A stretch of 64,000 nt of DNA, taken from assembly GCA_002269645.1 (NCBI GenBank), contig NIVC01002731.1:81523-145522 (forward strand), given 5' to 3'. A program made the position numbers and the translations under genes. How positions within the stretch are numbered: the stretch's first letter is position 1; every line of letters starts with the position of its first letter. Shown here one piece after another: positions 12,099-25,958 of this stretch. This DNA is from Macrostomum lignano. Taxonomy: Eukaryota. The notes under the pieces were generated by a model, which saw nothing but the letters and a program-made list of their open reading frames with translations, searched no databases and was not told where the DNA came from.

Positions 12099-15000
12099 AT
12101 GCATCAGAGGTGGCTGCTGCTGCAGCTGCTCCTGCTGATGACCATCACCTGGGGAGCACTGGCCCAGGGTTCATCTCCTGCGGTGAGTTCACGACTGACT
12201 GACTGACTGACTGACTGACTGACTGACTTGGAGTGAGTGGGTGACTGACTTGAGTGAGTGGGTGACTGACTGACTGACTGACTGACTGACTTGAGTGAGT
12301 GGATGACTGACTGACTGACTGACTGACTGACTGACTTGAGTGAGTGGGTGACTGACTGACTGACTGACTTGAGTGAGTGGGTGACTGACTGACTGACTGA
12401 CTGACTGACTGACTGACTGACTGACTGACTGACTGACTGACTGACTGACTGACTGACTGACTGACTGACTGACTGACTGACTGACTGACTGACTGACTGA
12501 CTGACTGACTGACTGACTGACTGACTGACTGACTGACTGACTGACTTGAGTGAGTGAGGTGCTGACTGACTGACTGACTGACTGACTGACTGACTGACTG
12601 ACTGACTGACTAAACATCACTGCAGCGAGGCCCGCCAGGCGAGCCGGGACCGAAGGGTCAACCCGGTGAAGATGGCCGACTTGGCATCCCAGGACCTCCG
12701 GGCGACCCTGGACCGGTAAGACAGTCGAGTGTTGCTTCAGTTTCGTCATAAAAAGACAGCCAAACAGCCACGATGTGTTTTTCCCATCCGCAGCCGCCAG
12801 ACAGGCAGAGAGTGATGCGGACTCTCAGTCGGAGGGCGCCACCAAGGAAGACTCAGAACGGCAGCGCCAGGGCCGGGCCTGATCTCTCCGCTTTCTCCAC
12901 CATGATTGTGAAAAGTGTAAGCCTGATTATGATGTCAAATTTGAGTGGGTTTGCTTTAAACTTAGGATCATTCCAGGAATGTCAAGGTCCTAATTTATGA
13001 GTTTTACTCGTCGATGAGGTCTACTCTCTCTCCTTTGTCCCCCCCTACTCTCCCTCACTACTCATATGCGTCTTCTTGTCTTTCTTCTCGTTTCTCCCCT
13101 CATTTTCTCACATTCTTTACTTTTTCGCTCCCTTTTTATTCTCCCTCTCTACTCTCTATCTCTCTCTCTGTCTGTCTCTCTCTTAAATCTCTAATCTTGC
13201 TCCCTCTCTACTCTCCCCCTCTCTACTCTCCCCTTCCCTACTCTCCATATCTAGTCTACCCTCTTCTCTCCCCCTTGACTCTCTCCCTCTCTTCCATAGC
13301 AGTTGCATGTCGCACGCAGCAGAGCCCAGTACATCAAAGCCACAACATCACGTATTAACCATCGCGCAGGGCGAGCCGGGAGACCGCGGGATCTCCGGTT
13401 CGCTCGGTCACGACGGCGCCCCGGGTCCTCGAGGCAAACTCGGTCCAACCGGCGACAAAGGTCGCTGGGGACCGGACGGGCCGCCGGGACCTCCCGGCAT
13501 CGAAGGTCGACGAGGTCCTCCAGGTCCCAGCGGGCCGGATGGACCCGAGGGACCCTTGGGGCCGCCAGGTCCCACCGGTGTACCCGGAGAACTTGGCAAA
13601 GTCGGCGATAAAGGAATCAAGGGCACTAAGGTATGTTATACTCTATTAAACAAATATTTCACCTTTAGTAAGTGCTTTAGTAAGATTCGTAACTGTTAGA
13701 CATCCCCTAGACTGCTAGACACAGATCCCCTGCTTGTTAGACACAGATCCCCTGTCCTGTTAGACAGATCCCTAGTCTGTCAGACACAGATCCCTAGCCT
13801 GTTAGACACAGATCCCTAGCCTGTTAGACACAGATCCCCAGCCTGTTAGACACAGAGCCCTAGCCTGTTAGACACAGATCCCAGCCTGTTAGACACGGAT
13901 TCCCCAGCCTGTTAGACACAGATCCGTAGCCTGTTAGACACGGATTCCCCAGCCTGTTAGACACAGATCCGTAGCCTGTTAGACACGGATTCCCCAGCCT
14001 GTTAGACACAGATCCGTAGCCTGTTAGACACGGATTCCCCAGCCTGTTAGACACAGATCCGTAGCCTGTTAGACACGGATTCCCCAGCCTGTTAGACACA
14101 GATCCCCCTGCTTGTTCGAGAGTATAAAAATCGCCAATCCGCACCCCAAGGGCCTTCTTGGCGTGCAAGGCCTGGCCGGCGAGCAGGGCGTCAAAGGCTA
14201 CAAAGGTACAACGGGGTCGCTCGGCCCCGCCGGACGAAAAGGAGACAAAGGCAACCCCGGGGATATCGGACCTCGGGGTCAGGCAGGCCAGACCGGCCCA
14301 ACCGGACAGCGCGGACCGGAGGGCAGCCAGGGATCGGCCGGACCCAGGGGCAAAAAGGGCAGTCAAGGCGCGACCGGCAGGTGCGAAAAACTACATTGAG
14401 TACTTTATGACAGTACAGCAAATCTGTGAAACCTCTTAAAGAAAATTTTTTATTTGCTCGAGTTGAAATCTCCCAGCAAAGAGCAAATTTCTTTCAGATA
14501 TGTTTACACTGCTTCTCAGATCCTTCACAGATCATTCACAGGTATTTAATAGATCCTTTACAGATCGTTCACAAATCATTCGCAAATCATGCACAGAACA
14601 TTCGCAGATCTTTCACATATCATTCACAGATCGTTCACAGATCATGCACAGATCGTTCACAGATCATGCACAGATCTTTCACAGATCATGCACAGATCAT
14701 TCACAGATATTTCACAGATCATTCACAGATTGTTCACAGATCATTCACAGATCATTCACAGATCATTCACAGATCATTCAAAGATCATTCACAGATCATT
14801 CACAGATTGTTCACAGATCGTTCACAGATCACTCACAGATCATTCACAGATCAAAAGCGATTGTTTTTCACCCTCCATGGCAGGAGCGGCGAGCTCGGAC
14901 CCAAAGGACCAGGCGGAGACCGCGGCCTCGCCGGCATCAAGGGCCTGATCGGTCCTGCCGGACCCATTGGCAACGCTGGCGCCGCGGGCCAGACCGGAAG

Positions 15001-18000
15001 CGCCGGAGCTCAGGGACCGGACGGCGTGCCCGGTCTGACAGGCGCCGTCGGTATCCAGGGCAGCAAAGGCGATCGGGGAGTTGTCGGCGTCGAAGGTCCG
15101 AAAGGCATGGTGGGCGACTTGGGGCGTCCGGGCGACAGTGGACTGGAGGGTGAAACAGGATCTAAGGGAATCAGGTGAGCAAGTAACTGAACAGCTTGTT
15201 GCAGCTTTGGATGCAAAATTTTAGTTCGTGTACAAATTTAAAAAAAATTGAATCAACTGTGAGGTTCTTAACGAAACTGTGAGGCTCTCGACTAAGCTGT
15301 GAGGCTCTCGACTAAGCTGCGGGGCTCTCTACTAAGCTGTGGGGCTCTCTACTAAGCTGTGGGGCTTCTACTAAGCTATAGGGCTCTCTACTAAGCTTTG
15401 GAGCTTTCTACTAAGTTTTGGGGCTTCTACTAAGCTTTGGGGCTCTCTACTAATCTGTGGGGCTCTACTAAACTAGTAGAGCTAAACTAAGTTGCGTAAC
15501 TCTTTACCAAGTATATGAGGCTCTCGACTTGACTTAACGTGAGACAGTTTAGTTTCAAACTATGCATATGGGAATGGGACTCTCGATTACATATGCGGTT
15601 TATAGATAAACTGCAGCTATAATTAGTACTCGAATCCATTGCGCAGAGGCGAAGTTGGCGATATCGGCGACACGGGCGACGGCGGAAACGGCGGCCTACA
15701 GGGTCAGCTGGGCGCCGCTGGGCCACGCGGTCTGGTTGGCAGCAAGGGACCGATTGGAGGTTCCGGAGAGGTTGGCTTGATTGGGCGGCCGGGTGACATT
15801 GGCCACAGGGGCTTGCCGGGAGCACCTGGGCTACCCGGCGACGTGGGCGACCCTGGGTCTAGCGGCGAAGATGGTGAAAAAGGCCCAAGTGGCGACGCTG
15901 GTCTGCAGGGTCAAAAAGGACCGATTGGAGAGCGAGGTCGGAAGGGTCCGGATGGCAGACAAGGTAAGAAGAGGCTCTGGACTGTAGTTCGGGCTCTCGA
16001 CTAAGAATTTGTGCTGTTCAACCAGACGTTTGGGCTCTGGATCATATATTTTAGCATGGTGATTAGCATTAGACTTTCATTAGGCTCTTAGCAAAGCGTT
16101 TGGGCTTTTAATAGATCAGAAAGCTGTCGGCCAATAGCTGTTTGTTTACCTGGGTGTTTTGGCATTTGTAGTATTTAGTAATCAAATCAAATTTAGACTC
16201 TCTGAACAAGCTCAGCCAACTCAAGAAACTCAATCAGTTGAACATTACAACAAAATATTTGGGACGTTTAACTAAAATTTGGGGCTCTAGACTAAAAAAT
16301 GGGGCTGTCGTCTAAACTCTGGGTCTCTTGGCTAAAATTTGCGGCTCTCGACTAAATCTCGTTGCTCTTGGGTAAAATTTGAGGCTTTCAACTATTTTTA
16401 AAGTTTTTAAACAAAAACAGGAAGCTCTCGACTTAGATGAGGCTTTCGACTAAAATTTGGGGCTCTTTGGTATAGAATTTAAGGCTTTAGACTGGTTCTT
16501 TAGATTTAAATATGGAGCTCGCGACTAAGATTTGGGGCTCTCGACTAAAAGTTGGGCTCTCGGGTAAAATTTGATCTTTGAGGCTTTCTACTACTAAGAC
16601 CTAAATTATTACTATGGACAAGGTGTCGACCATTATTTTAAGGTTAGGTACATCAGTTGACAAAGGTAATGACAGCAATGTTAACGAACCAACAGGTTTT
16701 GACGGCAAGCAGGGCGACGCTGGTCAGGTTGGCAGGGTTGGCCGCCTCGGCGCCACCGGCTTCTCCGGCGAGATCGGCGCCGCTGGACCCCCCGGCCCTC
16801 AAGGCACGCGCGGCGAGACCGGCCTGCTTGGTAGCGACGGCACAATGGGACCTCGCGGAGCGCCAGGCACTGAGGGCGAGCGCGGCGGACGGGGCACGCA
16901 GGGTGCTCAGGTAAAGTGCACATTTCGCACTTTTGCACCTTGCCGTGGGCTGGTTGTGCCGTTTGCCCTCATTGAGAGTCGATTTACCCGCAGGGTCGTC
17001 TGGGTCCGCCCGGCGACAAAGGCGCCCGCGGAGCGTCCGGAAAAAGAGGCGCCGACGGCGCCCTCGGTCGAGTCGGTCAGCAGGGCGCCGACGGCAAGGC
17101 TGGCGCCGCTGGTCCGCGCGGATTCGGTGGCTCTCGCGGCGAAATCGGACCGCGCGGCGCCCCCGGACTGCCCGGCGTTGTTGGCGAGCCGGGCGCCCCA
17201 GGCGGCCCGGGCAAACCCGGAGAGAAAGGGCCAAACGGCGAGATGGGATTGGTCGGCGCCACGGGCTTCAAAGGCGAGAAAGGCGACGCGGGGCCACAGG
17301 GCCTGCCAGGCATCGCGGGCGTCCTCGGCCGCACCGGCGCCACGGGGCCTAGCGGAGAGAAGGGCGCCCAGGGCGCGAAGGGCCGCCAGGGCCCCATAGG
17401 CCAGGCTGGCCCCGAAGGTCTCGAAGGCAAGCTGGGCCCCGAGGGTGTGCCGGGAGTCTGGGGCGTCGCCGGGATCAAAGGCGAGAACGGCGACGTCGGA
17501 CCGATCGGCCGCAAAGGCGACATTGGCGGCGAAGGACTACCCGGGATGCTGGGCGACCCAGGAGACCTGGGACCTCCTGGGCCGCCCGGCCGGTCCGGGG
17601 TGACCGGAGCCAGGGGCGAGCCCGGCGTTCCGGGACTTCAGGTAATGCCGTTATTTCGATAGTACTTGCGCCTACTTAAAGTAGCAGTTATCGGGTATTT
17701 ACGAGCTATTAAGTTGGCAAATTAAATGAACAAATCTTTGAATTAAACTATGGCTTTTGGGGATACTCTGAAACTCTAATGACACAATTCTGACACTACT
17801 GACACAATTCAGACACTCTACTGACACAATTCTGACACTCTACTGACACAATTCAGACACTATTGATACAATTCACACACTCTACTGACACAATTCTGAC
17901 ACTCTACTGACACAATTCAGACACTCTACTGACACAATTCAGACACTCTACTGACACAATTAAACACACTCTACTGACACAATTCAGACACTCTACTATA

Positions 18001-21000
18001 TATAATGATCTGTGAAACTACTCGAAGTAGCTTCAAAGCAAACGAAAAAAAACAAAATAAAAATCGGATCGAATCTCAGGGCGACACCGGGTCGCCAGGC
18101 GAGCGAGGACCTCCGGGCACCGTCGGCAGCCCGGGCGTCGAAGGCAACGCCGGCCTGCCGGGAGAGCGGGGTGTCCGCGGCACCGCCGGGGACCCCGGCA
18201 CTGACGGCGCAGTCGGACCGCAGGGCGTCATGGGACCGACGGGCTATAAAGGAGACACTGGACCCCAGGGCGAGCAGGTTTGTCGTTGGCTGTCACTTTT
18301 TTCTCTGGCAGTTGTCGCAGTCACTGCTCAAAGATCTCTCAGCATGAATGTCAATAAACGATCTTACTTGTAAATTTAACCTGTAGATTCCGCCCATAGA
18401 TCTCATCAATAGCTCTTAGTTATGGATTTCACTCACCTGGAATCTCATTACTACGCCTCACCTGTAGATCTCACTAATGGACATATCTCATCAGTAATCT
18501 CAACCATTAATTAATAGACCGTATCGATAAAGCCTATCTAATTACAAGCTAATTATGCATGCAAATATACAATTCTCCTCCAACAGGGCCCACGTGGCTC
18601 AAAAGGAGACCTCGGACCAAATGGGCCGCCCGGTCCGCAGGGCCCCGTAGGCCGCCAGGGTCTCAAAGGATTGCGCGGCGACACGGGAGAGACTGGCATA
18701 ACGGGACTCGATGGCGCCGTCGGTCCAGTTGGCGCCATGGGCATGGAGGGTCGGCGCGGGCTGCCGGGCGATCTGGGAGTTCGAGGAGACCCAGGCCAGC
18801 CGGGCGAAGAAGGAGAGTCGGTATGTTTCATCACACGGATCAACTCGTTTGATCTGAGTGCGCTGTCATGGCTTGGCTTATCAGGGCTTATCAATGCTTA
18901 TCAGGGCTTATCAAGGGTTATCAAGGCTTATAAGGGCTTGTCAGGTTATCGAGGCTTATCAAGGGTTATTGAGGCTTATCAAGGGTTATTGAGGCTTATC
19001 AAGGGCTTATCAATGGTTATCGAGGCTTATCAGAGCTTGCCAAGGGTTATAGAGGCTTATAGAGGCTTATCAAGGGTTATCGAGGCTTATCAAGGGTTAT
19101 TGAGGCTTATCAAGGGTTATTGAGGCTTATCAAGGGCTTACCAAGGGTTACAGAGGCTTATAGAGGCTTATCAAGAGTTATCGAGGCTTATCGAGGGTCT
19201 TTGAGGCTTATCAAGGGTTATAAAAGCTTATCAAGGGTTATCGAGGCTTATCAAGGGCTTATCAAGGGCTTATCAAGGATAATCGAGGCTTATCAGGGCT
19301 TATCAAGGGTTATCGAGGCTTATCAGAGCTTATGAATGGTTATCGAGGCTTATCGAGGCTTATCAAGGGTTATAGAGGCTTATCAAGGGCTTATCAATGA
19401 TAATCAATGCTTATCAGGGCTTATCAAGGGTTATAGAGGCTTATCTAGACTTATCAAGGGTTATAGAGGCTTATCGAGGCTTTTTAATGGTTATCGAGGC
19501 TTTTCATGGCTTTATAAAGACTTTTTTAAGCAACACACCTCAATTATCTAAACAAAGTCTTTAATTTGTTTGTCTAATGCCTAGGCCAACAAAGGTTTAC
19601 GTGAGACTGCATAGGCTTGAATAGAAAGCAGTTCTGCACTTATTAAACTATTTCAGCCAGACGTTCAAACGCTCACTCACTTCCAGGGTGCCATCGGGCC
19701 CCAGGGCAGCACAGGGGAGACCGGGCCCCAGGGCAGTGCGGGCAGGCCTGGAGAGCCCGGTCCCGTCGGCGACGTCGGACCCATCGGTCCGGCAGGTCCT
19801 CAAGGTCGGCAGGGCAGCAAAGGCGCACTTGGACCGGCTGGCACGCCCGGTCCCGCGGGACTGACTGGACCTCAGGTGAGCTTGCTGAGATTATTCGTGT
19901 TTTTATTCGTGTTGCCTGCCAATTTCACACGGGATACCTTTACTTTTATTAGTCGCTGTACTGAATTCTTGACACGGCTGATGAAAATCCAGACGAGATC
20001 GACGACTCCTTAAGGCTCCTCTAAAGCAAATTATAACAAATAAACATGAATAATTTTGGGCTTTCCTTATTCAAACTAGTTTTGTGTCCAACAGGTGCGT
20101 TTGAATATCAATAAAATAGGAAACGCCAGTTATAACAAAAAAAACAAAGCTTGGCAAGATTTCATGCTACATACTTCAGCCAAGTCACTTTTGGCATTCG
20201 AATTGTCGACGTGTCTATTGCCTTTTGAACCGGACAAAAAAGTCAAAAAGTCTTACGACATACGTATCTTTAACCCTTATTTTTAAAACCGTCCAAGGGC
20301 TACCAAGGCATGATGGGTTCGGCCGGTCCGCCTGGACCAGACGGCGAGACCGGCAAGCCGGGTCCCGACGGACCAGTGGGACCGCCCGGTCAGCCAGGCT
20401 ACCGAGGCCTGCAAGGCGACCAGGGCGCTCAGGGCCGAAAAGGCTCCATAGGACCAACAGGTCGAATTGGCGACCGGGGCCAAGCCGGCGAGGCTGGCGA
20501 CGCCGGCGCTCCGGGTCTCCCCGGTCCACTGGGCGAGGTCGGGCCGCGCGGACACGAGGGCAAGAAGGGTGCCCGCGGTGAAGTCGGGATTCGAGGCAAT
20601 GAAGGTCGCAAAGGCGATACCGGTCAGAAAGGACCGAACGGAGACGTGGGGCCCGAGGGCAGGCCCGGCTCGGACGGACTGCGAGGCCCCATCGGTCCAC
20701 CCGGAGACCAGGGATACAAGGGACCCGCTGGCTCTCAGGTAAGTCTAAAAATAATTATTAGGTGTATCCTTTTTTCAACAGTCTCATAGGTGCCAAGGTG
20801 GTGCCAAGCACTTTGAGTCAAGGGTAGAATTACTATTCCTGTCGATCTTCCTTCGCAGGGTCCCCCCGGCGAAGACGTCGTCGTGTCCGGCAATCCCAGC
20901 GAAGTGTTTCAACGCGACTCTCCGGACGGTACCAAGGAGGACGTCTTCGAGGCCTTGCTGCGCCTGTCAAGATCCATCGACGAGTTGCGCCGGCCACGAA

Positions 21001-22405
21001 CCTGCGCTGACATCCGCATGGACCGGCCGGACGCGCCGGACGGGATCTACACAATCGACCCCAACCTGGGAGCCGATTCGGACGCCATTCAGGTCCGCTG
21101 CCTGATGGAAACCATGGAGACCTGCGTGCAGCCTAATCGCTTTTCGGTATTGTTTGTTTCTAACCTCTTTTTGGTTTTTAAGACAGACCAAAATAGACTA
21201 TAAGAATCCAGGGGTCGGTAAACTCCGGCCCGCCGGCCACATGCGGCCCATGAAGCCGATCTCTATCCAGCCCTCGGGTTAGTTTGTGAAAACTTCACAA
21301 ATGCAATCCACACCGCTCAAGGTTTGTGTCTCCTCTCTCTTCTCTCCCCTACCCTTTCATTTCCTCTCCTCCCTCCTCTCATCCCATGAGTCGCCTCGTC
21401 TCTCATCTTATTTTCCTCTAGCTAGATTCGTTTTCTGGCGCTTAATTTCAAGAAGTTTGCCAATCACGGTTTAGTTTTAGTTTAATATAAACTTGTCCAT
21501 TCAGCCTCGGACAAAGTACTGTTACGCAATTGATAGATTTGCGAAACGGGCATTCTTGATTGATTTATCGCAAAGCAATTCGAATCGCTACAAAGGTAGT
21601 ATTCATACTTTCTTGAAACTGCATAGGCACCTTTGAGGTACTGTTGCGGGTTTTTACACTTTCCAAACTTTGCTTGGCTTCAGGTCTTCTTAGGATTTTG
21701 AAACTCATGGATCATTGAGTTCACATCCGAAAGAAAGCATCTATAAACTCACTGTTTTTAGCTTGATACGAGAGTCAAGAACAAGCCCAATGATCAAGAG
21801 GTTGTCTGGCTGTTCTACAATGATCCCGGAATGGAGGTGAGTTCATTGTGCACTCTGATTCTAGCGAGCAAATCGAAAGTTCCAGGTGCAGAAAATATCA
21901 GTTGCCGACCGCCTCGAACTTCAGCTCACATACCCGATCCCGGAAGACCAGATGCACTTCCTGCGCATGCTGAACGATCGCGCGGCTCAAAAGGTGAACT
22001 ACTCCTGCGTCAATGTTGGCAACGTGGACTCCGAAGAGGTGCAAATTGTGTTGAGCACCGACGATGTTATGAAGAAGCAGGATAACAATGGCATGGCTGT
22101 TCTCAAGGACGGTTGCAAGGTTGGTTTCAAGTTAACGACCTACTTTATGGGGATTTATTAAAATCTACTTGAGTTCGAAATTTTGCATTCAGGCCAACTA
22201 CCCGAGCTGGAAGGAGACTTGGCTGTCGATCTCCGGCAACTCGTTGCTGCTGCCAGTGCGCGATGTCGGCATGCCCAAGTCGGGCACCTACGGTGTCGAG
22301 ATTGGCGAAGTCTGCTTCCGCAGGATGCCGCGTCCGCCGCGACCGACTCCATCGCCGGAGGTGACCGCTCGTGTCAAAGCGGCTCGTAAACTCCTGCGAC
22401 TGTAG
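12099..22405 (+). CDS. Fibrillar collagen alpha chain B (signal, minor helix, major helix, COLFI C-propeptide), complete
   Basis: Exons 12099-12182 ([23 protein letters not shown]..), 12626-12715, 12794-12916, 13370-13630, 14151-14380, 14884-15174, 15647-15963, 16696-16910, 16994-17641, 18080-18277, 18587-18820, 19687-19875, 20298-20738, 20859-21146, 21762-21836, 21886-22119 and 22193-22405. Phases match across every GT-AG junction. COLFI motifs RTC, YTIDPN, VRC..ETC, NYSC, DGC and GEVCF are present. Confidence 0.93.
12193..12610. repeat. (GACT)n microsatellite, collagen B intron 1
   Basis: Read directly from the sequence. Confidence 0.97.
13700..14110. repeat. 23-bp minisatellite forming a 46-bp higher-order dimer, collagen B intron
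   Basis: Alternating CACAGATCCGTAGCCTGTTAGA and CACGGATTCCCCAGCCTGTTAGA units. Confidence 0.93.
14520..14852. repeat. 11-bp minisatellite (ACAGATCATTC), collagen B intron
   Basis: Read directly from the sequence. Confidence 0.93.
15280..15480. repeat. ~20-bp minisatellite (GGGCTCTCTACTAAGCTGTG), collagen B intron
   Basis: Read directly; related GGCTCTCGACTAA units recur in degenerate form at ~16270-16580. Confidence 0.88.
17775..17995. repeat. 22-bp minisatellite (CTGACACAATTCAGACACTCTA), collagen B intron
   Basis: Read directly from the sequence. Confidence 0.92.
18875..19500. repeat. Degenerate ~19-bp minisatellite (GAGGCTTATCAAGGGTTAT), collagen B intron
   Basis: Read directly from the sequence. 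Confidence 0.92.
21209..21257 (+). mobile_element. hAT (Charlie-like) terminal fragment
   Basis: CAGGGGTCGGTAAACTCCGGCCCGCCGGCCACATGCGGCCC resembles common hAT left ends. No matching right end was found. Confidence 0.5.
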
Positions 22406-22569
22406 TTGGATCATTGGGCGAGGTGATCAGAAACGACAATTTTGAATGATTATGAGTATTTGTTAAGCTTTCACAAGGAACGCTTGAAAAATATACAAAA
22501 TTATTGGTATTGCGAGGCGCTAAGTGGATACTTAAAGGTGATAGAAAGTTCTACCTTATCTAAGCAAAG

Positions 22570-23218
22570 TGTTCAGTCGGTGCCTGGATTGGTAGAAACT
22601 CTTCTGGCTTATTGAAGTGAGGAATTCAGTCGGTGCCTCGATCGGTAGAAACTCTTCTGGCTTATTGAAGTGAGAAATTCAGTCGGTGCCTCGATCGGTA
22701 GAAACTCTTCTGGCTTATTGAAATGAGGAATTCAGTCGGTGCCTGGATCGGTAGAAGCTCTTCTGGCTTATTAAAGTGAGGAATTCAGTCGGTGCCTCGA
22801 TCGGTAGAAACTCTTCTGGCTTATTGAAGTGAGAAATTCAGTCGGTGCCTCGATCGGTAGAAACTCTTCTGGCTTATTGAAATGAGGAATTCAGTCGGTG
22901 CCTCGATCGGTAGAAACTCTTCTGGCTTATTGAAGTGAGAAATTCAGTCGGTGCCTCGATCGGTAGAAACTCTTCTGGCTTATTGAAATGAGGAATTCAG
23001 TCGGTGCCTGGATCGGTAGAAGCTCTTCTGGCTTATTGAAGTGAGGAATTCAGTCGGTGCCTCGATCGGTAGAACTCTCCTGGCTTATTGAAGTGAGGAA
23101 AATTCAGTCGGTGCCTGGATCGGTAGAACTCTCCTGACTTATTGATGTGAGGAATTCAGTCGGTGCCTCGATCGGTAGAAACTCTTCTGGCTTATTGAAG
23201 TGAGGAATTCAGTCGGTA
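22570..23218. repeat. 53-bp minisatellite downstream of the collagen B stop
   Basis: About 12 tandem copies of GAATTCAGTCGGTGCCTCGATCGGTAGAAACTCTTCTGGCTTATTGAAGTGAG, with no unique spacers. Confidence 0.95.
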
Positions 23219-23819
23219 CTTAGAGTAACATTATATAATCACTTTTATCAAATCTTTAAAGAGAACCGTTAAAAACTGATTTATTTCAGATGCAGCCAGA
23301 AGATTTTCATCGTCCGCAGCGTGCAGAGTACAGAGTACTGAGTGCAAAACTTTCGTCGGCTTTAATACAAATTTGGTTTATAAAGTAACTATTAGCACTT
23401 CTGACAATTTTAAATAGCTCTGCACCTCGTCATACAATGAAAAACGCATACTGTGTTACATCTTTTTCAAAAATAAACAGCCAAGCGGCTAAAATGATAT
23501 ATGATTTTTATATTTTAATTGGCATCCACAAATACACTGCAATATAATAAGGAACGGATATACGTTACTTTAGATAAAGTTTTTGATTTTTGCAGCATTT
23601 ATTACTGTCGAGTAATTAACGCCGATTTCAACGTTGGTGAAACTTGCAGAGACGACCGTCTGAGGGGAAGAGTCTAAGCAGAGATTCTGATGGCGGAAGA
23701 GTCTGCGGTTATGTGAGATACTGACGTTGGAGTCTGAGGTTGAGAATCTGAGAGGGAAAAGTCTGAGAGGCAGGAGTCAGAGAGAGGAGAGGCTGAGGAG
23801 ATTCTAGGGGTGAGAGTTT

Positions 23820-24045
23820 GCATGAGAACGAGAGTCTGAGTAGATTCTGGGGGTGAGAGTCTGAGGGTGAGAGTCTGAGGGTGAGAGTCTGAGGGTGAGA
23901 GTCTGAGGGTGAGAATCTGAGGGTGAGAGTCTGAGGGTGAGAGTCTGAGGGTGAGAGTCTGAGGGTGAGAGTCTGAGGGTGAGAGTCTGAGGGTGAGAGT
24001 CTGAGGGTGAGAGTCTGAGGGTGAGAATCTGAGGGTGAGAGTCCT
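23820..24045. repeat. 14-bp minisatellite (GAGAGTCTGAGGGT)
   Basis: Read directly from the sequence. Confidence 0.93.
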
Positions 24046-24061
24046 AGAGAGAGAGAGTCAG

Positions 24062-25958
<1,897 letters not shown>

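Noticed and set aside
13300-13369. Possible longer collagen B exon encoding [14 protein letters not shown]..
   Set aside because: It is out of frame with the helix unless an indel is assumed; the 13370 acceptor works without that assumption. Unresolved without RNA data.
22570-23218. CRISPR-like appearance of the 53-bp array (and of other arrays)
   Set aside because: Units are head-to-tail with no unique spacers, there are no cas genes, and the context is eukaryotic.
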